This document shows, piece by piece, positions 1 through 11,224 of a stretch of DNA of 64,000 nucleotides (position 1 is its first letter; each line of letters begins with the position of its first letter). This DNA is from Mobula hypostoma (Eukaryota). The stretch is from NCBI RefSeq assembly GCF_963921235.1, contig NC_086113.1:25048001-25112000 (forward strand). The letters run 5' to 3'. The position numbers and the translations under genes were made by a program. A model generated the notes under the pieces. It had not been told where the DNA came from. It did not search any database and saw nothing but the letters and a program-made list of their open reading frames with translations.

Positions 1-60
1 TCCATCTCCTGATGAGTTAGAGCCACTGGTATGCCTTATTCGTGATGGCATCAATATGTT
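1..60 (-). mobile_element. Rex1/Babar-type LINE fragment (post-RT region), runs off the window edge
   Basis: Reverse complement AACATATTGATGCCATCACGAATAAGGCATACCAGTGGCTCTAACTCATCAGGAG matches the Rex copies at ~44393-44445 and ~43128-43180. Confidence 0.65.
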
Positions 61-1527
61 ATTTCTTTATCTCTAAAGAAGAAGAGCCTAAAATAAGATC
101 ATTCTGATAGTTGATGTCTGTTCTTCTCAGTTTTTCTTTGGATAGATGTGTGTAATCCAGGTTAATGAAACCCAAAGATGTAATGTTAGAAAGCTCTATC
201 TGTGGAGGGATGAAAACGAGGTTTACAGAATTTAAAAAACAACTTGGGGAAAAGAAATGCTATTATGCGATAACGAGGCGTAGCTGATGCAGGCGTGGAC
301 ACGCAACAGAAACACAGCAAACTATTAGAAACTAAAGCTATAAACTGTTAAAAGTGGAATTAGTAGTGAGTATCTTTACTCTGCTTACTTGAAAACCTCA
401 GGGTGAAAACTTTGGAAGAGAGATGATATCGATAGAAGATTTATTGAAGCTACAGCTGTGACAAGCAGCAGCTATAGTGAGACTATATTGACAGAGACGG
501 AGGTCAAGATCTCTACCATGTGACCAGGAATTAGTTCTGTTAAATCATATCAAGGGATCTGGTGAGTTAAAATACTTTTATTGTTCTGATTGTATAATTC
601 GTGTGTGAAATATGCTCAGTAGTGTTGTAACCAAGGAATGTTTAGAAATGACAATGTGAAATTGAGTTATTTTGAAATAGAAAATGGAATGAGTATAAGA
701 ACTTATGGATTGTAATCCTGTTACATAAGGTCAGTTTTTTTTGTGTAAGTACTATTAATTGATTTTCTGTGGATGACCCAGCATTTCATCTAACAAACCA
801 AGGAACAAAACGAGCCACCCAAGATCGACTAACCAGCGCGGGAATGAAACGTTTTGTGATGAAGAGGATTTAATTCAGTTGGATGTATGTTTATTTTTCA
901 TTCAAAGGATCTTAATTTGATTTTCTAGAAGAACTGATTATTTTTGCAAAGACTTTGGTAAGTTACTGAATGAGATTTACTTCATTTAAATGTTGTTATA
1001 TTGGAGAATTTGTCGTGAAAGAAATAAAGCTATATATATACAGGAGCTGAATTTAAATTTGTAGACATGTTGACCTGAAGCTGAAACTGAAGTTAATTAT
1101 AATACTTAAATAGGAATTCGATTGGTTTCCTAACTAACTAGTGATAACGAAAAAGGCAAATGTCAGTCTGTAGACTTTAAAATAGGGAATAACACTAGAT
1201 CGAATTAGTTGGAGAAATTGGAGTGATAAAGGTTATTCTAATGAATCTCATTGATTCTAACTAAAAAGGAATTTGTTTTTTGTTTGATATCTGACATTTG
1301 GAACATAAGACAAAACATTGAAATTTTGAATCGTTCTTGCTCATGTTAATATTTTGTATATATTGCTGATTTTTTATAAACAAACTTACTTCTAGAAGTG
1401 TTTGTTTTCTATTCACTGCCTCCTTCTGATACCTAGAGCTTCTGCTGGCCTACTAGCACCTAATGCAGTACTATGTAATTTGATTTTCTCATAAAGAGTA
1501 CGGCGATCAGTCACACGAGATAAGACA
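57..1527 (+). mobile_element. Putative long solo LTR / ERV-like segment, unclassified
   Basis: Cuts the Rex fragment abruptly. TG at 57 and ...GAGATAAGACA at 1527, TATA-like run 1031-1040, retained CpGs (268-303, 811-851, 1501-1517), several GTRAG donors. No TSD or PBS found. Confidence 0.4.
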
Positions 1528-1575
1528 AGCACTACACTGGTATTACATGTGCTAACAAAAGAAAAGTTTAACAGA

Positions 1576-1910
1576 CAATGTTCCCTCCAATTTGTAATGA
1601 CCAGAGTGTGCAAAAATCTTGTGCTGTGCAAGTTTTTGCTCAGTGACAACAACATGTGTGCACTGTATCACTTCTTCAATAAAAACAGTATAAGTAAGCC
1701 AATTCTAAAATCTGTAGAAATATCATTGCAAACTCCATGTTGTCAACACCGTCTGCATCAGAAACAGGAAAGGGAAATGTAATTATGTATGATTGTGAAA
1801 TATACTTAACATGCCAGTGAGGTAAAAGGTGACAACCTTTCGTGCACAATTTAGATTCTTCTGTGTGCCAGCAGCAAAAGATGCATGTGGTCATCTTAGA
1901 GGGACAATTG
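1576..1910. mobile_element. Non-autonomous hAT DNA transposon (MITE), 335 bp
   Basis: Imperfect TIRs CAATGTTCCCTCCAA (1576-1590) and TTAGAGGGACAATTG (1896-1910); 8-bp TSD TTAACAGA (1568-1575) / TTAACAAA (1911-1918), the hAT-typical length. Confidence 0.8.
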
Positions 1911-2174
1911 TTAACAAATATATTCTTAACTCTCTTCCTGGCACTACAACACTAATGCCAGCAACAATTCGCTCTTCTTCACCAAACATCAAGTTCCTTC
2001 CCTTCCCTCTTTTTTTATCTTGGGTCAGTAAGAAAACTATTCATATAAAGGGGAAGGTAGAGCCATAAATTTTTGGTAATGGTTCATTTAGAAGCCTGAT
2101 TTTTTACTGGCTTCAGGTAGAAAGTAAAGTTGAAAGGTACAAAGGTACAAATACAAGAGAGACGTCATTCATAA

Positions 2175-2560
2175 GGGACCTTACATATCACTCCAAAGTT
2201 CTTTACAATCAATGAAATATAAGATTAGTTATGGATGTAACATGTCAGTGAACTTCAGATCATCAACAGCTTCAAAAAAGCAATAAGAGAAATAGTCAAG
2301 CCATCTGCTTTTAGTAATCCTGGTTGAGGGTTACCATTTGGTAAAAATACAGAGAACACTCTTACCCTTCTTCTAAATTCAATCGAAAAAAATGGCTAGT
2401 GTCTTTTTTTAACATTTTATCTAAAACTTCTCACATCCATCTAAAGAACACTCCCTCAGTTCTGTACTGAAGGCTCAGCTTGGATTTTGTGCCAAAGTTC
2501 CTGGAGCAGAACTTAAAGTCTATAATTTTCAGTAGTAAGAATGTTACCTACTAACCAAGT
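2175..2560 (-). mobile_element. Old Deu-domain SINE (SacSINE1-like); boundaries approximate
   Basis: Degenerate match to the same family at 14870-15200, 34262-35772 and 61535-61892 (e.g. TGGTTGAGGG, CTCCCTCAGT...CTGAAG, tRNA-like head at the right end). Confidence 0.5.
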
Positions 2561-4396
2561 TTGGATAATTCTAGCAATCCTCATCAATGTTGCACCCAAT
2601 ATAGAGTGTCACTGATTTTCTACTTTACTTTCTCCTGACTGTTTATGCCCATCTTACTATAATTTCTAGATTCAACCTAGAGACAAAAGGGAGAACCAGT
2701 GTTAGTCACATCAGTTCCATGAGCAATACCTGGGAGAGGACTGTAATTCAGAAAACCTAAAGCTGATAACAGTGCAATTAATTTCTTGCTTCAGGTGGGC
2801 TCTGTTTTCCCTTCTTTGGTACCTTGTGAATCAAACATTCTGAATTACAAACTCAAATCCAATTATCATTCAGTCAAGAAACAAAATCTCTCCTACTATT
2901 TAACAAGGTTTAGCTGAATTGCACAACAGACTTGCATATTATATTCCTTTGGGTTAAATGATAATCATGAAACCTATTAAAGTATTAATAGTCAGTTTTA
3001 TCTTTCAGTCATTTTTTTCCTTATTAAATTCAAATTTAAATGATATCCCAGGTGCTCCTTATCTTTTTGATTCCTCTCTTGTCTTGAGGTTTCATGCTCT
3101 ATGTCTCTAATGAAACTGTCCTAAATGTCAAGTATTTTCATCTGTATCCTCCTCCATAAGATTTAACGCTCCTAGATTATCAGCTCCATTTGTCTCCCTC
3201 CATTATCTTTTCTTTTCTCTCTAGTGTATTTCCCTTTCCAAATCAGCAAAGGAATTTTCCTGCAACCAGCACCACACTAGTATATACAATATACATTGGT
3301 GGATCATCGTTTGTGATTTACTTCTGTGTAGAAGTCACACTTAATCCAGGTAATCTAATTCTTCCTCTCCTTATATGGAAAAGGTTGCACTTTTGCTCCC
3401 CACCTGAGAGAGCCAGCTATTGAGATAGTAGGTTTGCTGATAGAATAGTCATTGACTTGAAACACTATTTTTTCACTCTACTATTCTATCTGTTGGACAT
3501 TTCTTTCTTTGTTTGAAGAATATCGATGAGTGACTGAGTTTATTAGCATTGTTTCTTTGTGAAGACTGTTGTGAATTCAAGTTGACATCCAATGCATCTA
3601 TAGATTACTTCCGAAACTGAACAACATCTTAGTACAAGCATTAGTGCACATAAATTTGATACCTATGGGAAGGTATTTACATTCTGCTGTGTCTATGATT
3701 ATACTAGATTCAACATCAAACTACAGTTTTTATACACTTGATACATCATGTAAAAGGAAATTTGTGGCATTCCAGCATTCTGCAATTTTATTTGAAAGCA
3801 TTGATTTTGTATAATTCTTTTATGAATGTAATTCATGGTGGTAGGCATCTGTGAAAGGGAGAAAATTCAGCAAGTTGAGTCTCTTCTAATAATCCCCGTG
3901 GATGGAAATAATATTGAAAAATTAATATTTTTAATAAAAAGTTTTGAAATGTTGCAGAAAATAAATTTCTGACAATCAATTCATGCAAAAGACCTCCAGC
4001 AAAGCAGCTGTCAAATGTAGAACTCTTCAAACCAATTCTACCTCTGTCTCCTCAGTCCGTGAGGGAACGATCTAAGAAAACTTCACATGCCACAAGCCTT
4101 TGGGAAAGTGAAAAGACTACTCAGTCCATTGGGCCTTTTGCAGATAGAATAGATTCATTCTTCTTAAGTCGTTTATTTGGCCCAAAAAGTTGAAGCTAAC
4201 TTTTTCGTTTACCATCACTCAGATTTAACTCTAGAATGCATGTCAAAGCATTTAGTATTATTATTACCCATGTCTTGTTATTTTGTTTAGTTGGTAATGA
4301 TTGAATGTCACCCATTCAGTAGCATCTTGACCATTTTTTCTTTTTTTTATCATAATTAACGCTCAAAAAAATACTGGAGGAACTCGGCAGGCTAGG

Positions 4397-4686
4397 TTCA
4401 TAGTTACACTCTTTACTATTTCATTGTAAAGTGTCTAAAATTCTTATCCTGCTTATTATCTTCTGTCTACAACAATTTAAAGGGACGTATATTGTCTTTT
4501 CCCTTTCACAATTCCAGAGAGTTCTACATGTCTCCCTTTTTAAACAGAGAGAGGTAGATGTGCTTTGCATGAACTGATGAAAAGTTACGTGGGCGCGCAA
4601 GATTCAGCTGCTGTTACTATACGTGTCCGTGAGTAGCACGTCACAGGAAGCAGACAACACCACAGAGAACCATACTCATATCCACA
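4397..4686 (-). mobile_element. Possible solo LTR
   Basis: Minus strand starts TGTGGATATG at 4686; CpG-retaining block (4587-4641) that interrupts a Penelope pLTR remnant at 4357-4396. Other terminus and TSD not resolved. Confidence 0.3.
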
Positions 4687-5344
4687 TTTTTCTGAAAAAC
4701 AATGTCTATGCTGACTGTGTTTTCAAAAGCTCATAGTATCATAGAGAGTTACACTAACCTTTTGGCTCACCATATCTGTGCTGAGCATCAACCACCCATT
4801 TACACTAAATCCCATATTATTCTCCCTGATTCTCAGCTCTCACCCAGATTCCATGACTTACCTGTATACTCAGGGCAATTTACAGTGAACAATTATTTGA
4901 TCAACGTTCACAACTTTGAGAAGTGGGAGAAGATTGTGCAAAAGCCATGCAGAGAACACCTGAGGTAAGGAATGAATTTGAGTCTGTAGTGCTGTGAGGC
5001 AGTCACTCGATCAGATGCCCTAGCTCTCATCTGCAACATCATGACACCACACGTGCAAACTCACATATGTACCACAATTTCTCTTACACTGGAAATTAAG
5101 GTTCCTTTAATACTTATTTCCCAGTATCAGAATTATTCCAACACATGGTTCCTGATATATGCCACAGTTCACAATATGTGTTAATCATTGCTGCCTTGGG
5201 GAGCTCATTGACACTAGTCACATCATTAGACCAGACTTTATGCACTTCTCCTTCAGCCCACAAAAATAGGCATAGGCATTGGCTTGCAATGCAAGGTTAA
5301 GCAAACTGTAGGCACTACATTCTGCCCAGTGTTTTCAATGCTTC

Positions 5345-6045
5345 TTCAAAACAGCGACTCCTCTGCTTGCGTCTTTGAAAACAGCTCTATATCTATCTTT
5401 GACATCTCTTTTTCACCTTTTCAAGGTTGTTTTGAAGACCCTGACCTGGAGTTACTCTGACTTTGGTTCCTTGTGGGAATAGGACCCACTTCAGGGCCAC
5501 TTTTGACATCCCAAGGAGGCAGCCTGGAAGGTAGACATGCCTTCAGAGTTCCGGATTTTCATGGCTCTGGAGACATGCTGTATCTAGGCTGGTGCCCCTG
5601 ACTGAGGAGAACACGGAACATCGGGAGCAGCGGGTTAGCTGCTGGGGGTTGTGTGCCCGGAGAGCTGCACCTTTCTGGTGCTGACTCTCTGGGCGCAGAG
5701 CTCTGAAACAGCAACGCAACAGACTTATGACATCGGAAATCAACGAGTTGTTTGTTATGTCTCCCCTCTCGCTGTGAAATGGTGACACCTCTTTTTCCCT
5801 TACTAGGAAGAGAGAGAGCCTGTGATATGTCGAGTTACTGGGTGACTGACATATCACAGTAACTCGATATGTTTCTGGGGTACTGCAAGCCTGTGTCTTT
5901 ATTGCTGCATTCTTGAGTGCTTGTTGGAGGGCGCCGATTTGCTGTTGGGGGTGTGGAGGTGTCGTTGCCTTGCTGCTGCCTGTGGGTGGGAGAGGGAGCT
6001 GGGTGGTGGAGGGGGGGGGTGGTCTTTGGGGCTTTGGCAATTAAC
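5345..6045 (+). mobile_element. Unclassified non-coding retroposon (SINE-like), copy lacking its tail
   Basis: Homologous in inverted orientation to 17555-18238 (shared GTCTCCCCTCT..CTGTGAAA and GGGGTACTGCAAG blocks); the two spurious ORFs share REKE.SPFHS.RGDITNNSL. Confidence 0.7.
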
Positions 6046-7134
6046 TAAGCTTGATCCTGTACCTCTTTAAAATTGCCACCAGATTAGTCAACAGCTGAAG
6101 GGGAACAAGGATAAACTATTGACGATATGGAGGTAAATGCACATAAAGTGTTAAGAAAAGAAGTCAAATATGTCAGTTCTAGCTAAAATAAGACACCACT
6201 TTTAATTTCTTTCTCTTTTTTTGTTCAATTGCTGAACATCCGTGCTGGTGTGATGGGCAGTATTTCACTTTGAGCTGTATGGTTCACTAAACCAATTTCA
6301 AGATTATCATTTGTGTGTGTGGAATCATGTGTAAACACAAAAAGATAGGGAGTGTAGACTTCCTTCCATATAGACATTTGTTAATCTGATAGGTTTTTAT
6401 CATTTTTTTAAAATCAGTATTTGGTCAGCATCCACTCTGAAAAGAGATTTTGTCTTAAATTAAATTTTGATTTTAATCAACAGAATTTATTTGCCAAGCA
6501 ATCATTATGAGATTTAAACTTAGATATCCAGTCCTTGATCTAGGCTTTTGTATTAGGAATCCAATAGCATAACCAACAATATGCCTGTTAAAATTCAGCA
6601 GAGTTGAGAATAGAGAGTGGAAAAGATCTTTGACACTATGTCTTAGGGACTATATTGATAGATTTCCAAGCTAGGGCAACAATAGTTATATTGATTTCTG
6701 TTGGATCAGGAATGGGATCAAATATATAATATTCAAAATATCCAATGCCTGTTAATTTAAGGTCTATGCTATAAGTGGAAGATTTCCCCTCCACTCTTAA
6801 ATTTTAATAGAAAAATGCTAATTTCAATGATTTGGATTTAATGCATTCCACATTCATATTGTTATCTGAACAATTTTTAAGGCAGTCCCTATAACACAAG
6901 TCCAACATTTCTGATTTCATGAAAAAAAGTAACTCATCTCCTTACTTGTTTTATCGATTAATGGTATTAAAGTACTGCAGCCAGCAATCTCCTGCAAATG
7001 TATTAAACTTCAAAGTTTAAACAAAATTTAGGACGTGTCCCCATGAGGGAGGAGGTATGAGCATATCATGCGTTGATATCATGAGGGCAACAGTGGCCTC
7101 ATGATATCAAAGGTATTTCCTTGGTCCTATCCAT

Positions 7135-7486
7135 AGTCAAAGTCAAAGTAAAAATATTATCAAGGTATGTATATGTCGCCATACAACTACACAGATTTAT
7201 TTCTTGCAGGCCAACAAAGACTGACAAGAAACCGATGTGCAGATGGAGACAAACTGTGCAAATACATTAAAGTGTAATAATAAATAAATAAATAATTCTA
7301 AGAACATGAGTTGTAGAGTCCTGAAAGTGAGTTCATAGGATGTGTTCAGCGATCTGTTCAGTACTGAGGTGAATGAAATTATCCACGCTGGTTCAGTAGC
7401 CTGTTGGTAGAAAGGTAATATCTGTTCCTGAACCCGATGGTGTGGCACCTAAGGTTCTTGCACCTCCTTTCTGACAGCAGCAGAGA
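7135..7486 (-). mobile_element. Rex/Babar-related LINE 3' fragment
   Basis: Tandem (CTTTGA)n-type tail and polyA-like signal at the left end; CTGCTGTCAGAAAGGAGGTGCAAGAACCTTAGG on the minus strand resembles the 3' coding end of the other Rex copies. Confidence 0.55.
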
Positions 7487-8099
7487 CCAGTAAAAATTAT
7501 CCAATATCCAATTATGAGGGTGCATCAAACTGCTAAAAGGTTTTACATTTAGAAAATTATTTTGTTTTAAACATGACCAGTAATATTTTTATGAAGAAGC
7601 ACCCATTCTGGAAAGCTCACCAAAAATATTGCAACTTTAAAGAACAGAGTAAATAAAAGGTGAAGTTCTCAAGATTGCAAGCAGCAAAAATCAATGTATT
7701 CAGAGCCGGAGCTCACTTCATTCACTGGCGTCTTGTTTGGACCAGATAGGGAAAGGCATTGTGAGTTACTTCTTGAAAATTTTAAAGCTTGCAAAGGTCG
7801 AAGTTGACTTTGTGATATAGATTTTAAATATGCCCTCCAATCTATCTCGTAGAAGCACTGAAATTTCTGCTGATTCACTAACTAACCCAATTCAATGCAC
7901 GCATTAGCATTTATTAAAAGAGAATAATATGCTGCAGCAGTAATAAAGATGCTCAATTATTGAGCTGCTGCTAATGTTCTCGGGTCCTGGGGGGGCTGTC
8001 ATACTTCTACAACTGTGCTGTTTATTCTATCTTTAACTTCCCATTTACTTTCTCTGCTCTCTGACCAATTCCATTTCTCTTCTACCTCAATAACAGCAC

Positions 8100-8121
8100 T
8101 ACCTCCTCCTCCTCCTCCTCC
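8100..8121. repeat. (CCT)n microsatellite, ~7 units
   Basis: ACCTCCTCCTCCTCCTCCTCC seen directly. Confidence 0.9.
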
Positions 8122-8618
8122 CAAAAAGATAAACATTTCTGTCTGACATTGGTTTGTTTTCTGATTCCCCAGCAACGTCTGGCAGCTTCTTTCGGTGGGC
8201 AGCATTGGGTTCAAATTGCACTCACTGTCATAGAGTCAGGGAGTTATACAGCAGAGAAGCAGGCTGTCCATCTCACTACATCCATGTCAATCCTTTTGCC
8301 CATCTGCATGAATCCCAATTGCCCATAATAGCTCGTTATCCTTCTTTTTGTCTTAAACAATAAACTGCTGGAAAAGCTCAAGAGACTTAAGCAACCCTTG
8401 TGGAGTCAAAGGTATGGTGACATTTCAGATTTACTCTCTGCATCAGGACAGTGTAGTGTAAAATTAGTCAGTTTATAAAAGTGAAAGAAAGGAGAGAGCA
8501 GAGCTGGTTGGTGATAGAGTCAGGAGGGGAGAGTGAGCCTAGATAAAGGGGGGTGGTGGGGGTGGATGAAAAAATTGAATGAAGGAAAGCTGAAGGGGGG
8601 AAAAGGGAATGATATGAC

Positions 8619-9135
8619 TGTTGCGGTGTGCACCCAACCATGCCAGCCTCCTGGATTTTCCAGAGTATGGATAGCTGGCCCAGCCACTTTAAAGTTTCTG
8701 GCCCGCTCTGCTAATTGGTGGCCATATCTTGGTGCTATGATTTGGATATTTAAAGAGCACCTGAGCTCTGGTCCGGTGATCATTAGCTCAACTTTATTTC
8801 AGTCTGCAATTGTGTTTTGGATTTCTGTCCTGTTTGGATTCTCACCGAGTCTCATCAGGTTTTCATCTAGCATCTAGTTCAGAATTGCTGCTGCTGTTAA
8901 CAAATTTCACGTCACATGCCGGTGATAATAAATCTGATTCTGATTCTAATCTCCATCTCAAAATCGTGTCTCTACTCTAGTCTTGGATACCTAAACACTT
9001 CAGCCCTTGTCATTCTTGCCTAAGCCTCTTGTCCCAATGGCTTGTAATGGGATCCACTGGACCAAGGAAACTCTCTCTCTGTTCCCTGTGGGGAAATGCT
9101 AGAGGTTTGGAGATTTCAGTCCATCAAACTTTACA
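8619..9135 (+). mobile_element. Putative Gypsy-type solo LTR nested in the PLE; contains a 62-bp Rex 3' end at 8886-8947
   Basis: TGTTG start, TATTTAAA at ~8747, TTACA end. The Rex tail AACAAATTTCACGTCACATGCCGGTGATAATAAATCTGATTCTGATTCT is nearly identical to 43725-43780. No TSD found. Confidence 0.4.
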
Positions 9136-9644
9136 GAGGGGAAGTCACATTTCCCTTAGTAGGAGGACATTTCAGAAGTCCTAAAGCAGGAAACTGCGTC
9201 TTTACAACAGATGTGGCAGAGATGGAGAAACCAAGTGAAGAGGATGGTATCCTTAGAGGAGATAGGGTAGGAGGAGGTGAAGTTGAATTATTGTGGGAGT
9301 TCATGCATTTCTTGCAGATAGTGGATAGTTTGTCTCTAGTGATAGAGTCAGAGATCAAGAAAAGAAAGAGAGATGTAAGAAATTGTCCAGGTGAATTTGA
9401 GGATAAGGTGTAAGTTGGTGGAAAGATCAAGTTCAAGTTTATTGTTATTCAATTGTACATATGTATATAGGTAAATGAAGTAACGTTCCTCAAGGATCAA
9501 GGAGCAAAACACAGAACATGCATCACAAACAGCACATAAAATAATACTAACACAATGATATGAACAGATTAAAATATTTTATAGATGTACAAACTGACAG
9601 AACACAGACATGAAATATAATTAAATATACAACACTATTACTGC

Positions 9645-9893
9645 TACTCCTTCTTAAGCTCGTCACCCCTACTAGAGCATAGGTCACCGGCAGCAAAATG
9701 CTCTCCTGGGCCAATCTTTCAAGTCCAGGTTTCAACCCATCTGTATGTCCTTGAAGTGAAGACCCAGGGTTGAAGTCTTCAGAACTTTTTTTGGCATTTC
9801 TGTATCTCTGTATTTTTATGAGATGAGTTTGATAGCCCCTTACTCAACCCTCTCCTTTCATAGTTGGGCTTGGGACCATCCATGGTCGAGTTA
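9645..9893 (-). mobile_element. Bipartite non-autonomous RTE element (5' UTR motif joined to 3' end)
   Basis: Minus strand begins ...GGATGGTCCCAAGCCC...GGAGAGGGTTGAGTAAGGGGCTATCAAAC (RTE-type 5' motif) and ends GACCTATGCTCTAGTAGGGGTGACGAGCTTAAGAAG (RTE-type 3' end). Confidence 0.55.
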
Positions 9894-10940
9894 TTGCTTT
9901 TACTGCTGCTGTCGTTTACATTACGAATTATGTGTTATATGTACTGTGCTGTGCACCTTGGAGCAGCAGTGTTTCATTTGGTGATATACATGTGAGTGGT
10001 TGCATGATGATAAACTTGAACTTGATAAGCAATGCATACTGGCTGATAGCAGGACGTTCCGATGTTTCACAGCCTGGGAAAAGGAGTTGTTACCTGGCCT
10101 AACAAATCTTGTCTAATACTGCAGTAACATTGATGAAATTGACAAGTTCCACAGGAAGAACCACCAGTAGATGAAGAGATGTGGAGATGTGCGGAGCAGG
10201 TTTGGAATAAGCACTACTCCATGTAGCCAATGAAGAGACAGGTGTAACATGGAAGTGCCCATAGGTAGCCCTTCAATTTATAGAAAGCTGGATGAATTAA
10301 AAGAGAGGTTTGTTGAGGGTAGAAACAAGTTCTGGCTGGTGTCTAGAGTGCTGATGGAGTGCTATTGGTTGGGTCCTTCTCTGAATCTCTGTGTCAATCT
10401 TAGGAGATAGACTATTGATTAATAACTACAGTAGGGCTCTAAGACTAATGAAGAAATGTAACATAGAGAAATAGTAAAGTATAAATCCAAGGCTTCACTT
10501 CCAATCTCAAAGGGACATCAGTATTCCAATTCCTCAAGGTCATGACCTCTTCCCAATGTTCTTGATCATTATTATTCTTCACTCAGCATAACAGATTAGG
10601 CAAGCAGCTTATTGTCTCAGTGTAGTGTCGTTGAACATTACAAAGGGAAATCCACTGTTCTTTTGTGTTACCTGGTGGCAATGAAGTGCATCTGAATTGC
10701 CAGTGAAAGAGCTAGGTGTTATATTAACATGAGTCTTCATTTTCCTCTAAGAAGCAGAAAAGCTCCCAGAGAAGATTCAAAAGGAAAAATGAGTAAGGAA
10801 TTATCAGCAGTATTTCATTACATTACAACCTTCCTTCTTAGATTAGGCTGAAAGGTCGGCACAACATCATTGGGTGAAGAACCTGTACTGTGCTGTAATG
10901 TTCTATGTTCTTTATCCTGAATGTTGTATCTCAGCCATGA

Positions 10941-11212
10941 CAAAACCCCATCATTCTCAAAACCCCACTGGTCTCAAAACCCCATCATTCTCCAAACTCC
11001 ATCACTCTCCAAACCCCATCACTTTCAAAACCCTATCACTCTCAAAACTCCATCACTCTCAAAATTCCATCATTCTCAAAACTCCATCACTCTCAAAACT
11101 CCATCACTCTCAATTCCCCATCACTCTCAAAACTCCTTCATTCTCAAAACTCCATTGCTCTGAAAACCTTATCACCTTCAAAACCCTGTCACTCTCAAAA
11201 CCCCATCACTCT
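10941..11212. repeat. 17-bp minisatellite, ~16 copies, consensus CAAAACYCCATCACTCT
   Basis: Direct periodicity; explains the repetitive ORFs 10874-11230 and 10921-11163. Confidence 0.95.
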
Positions 11213-11224
11213 GAACCAGCATTA

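Larger units (their letters stand above)
8356..10380 (-). mobile_element. Degenerate Penelope-like element (pLTR 8356-8614; RT remnants ~9136-9425 and ~10128-10380) interrupted by nested insertions
   Basis: Minus-strand remnants resemble PLE RT motifs (ELV.TLNN.SF...GxPMGT...CLF.GY.E; TSL.FL..SI..D.LST); decayed pLTR and hammerhead at 8356-8450. Confidence 0.65.

Noticed and set aside
5543-6040. 165-aa ORF with an apparent paralogue at 17798-18091
   Set aside because: The shared peptide comes from the antisense strand of a non-coding repeat, and the frames are not conserved between copies.
9820-9893. HDV-like ribozyme at the RTE 5' end
   Set aside because: Could not build the nested double pseudoknot from this degenerate copy.
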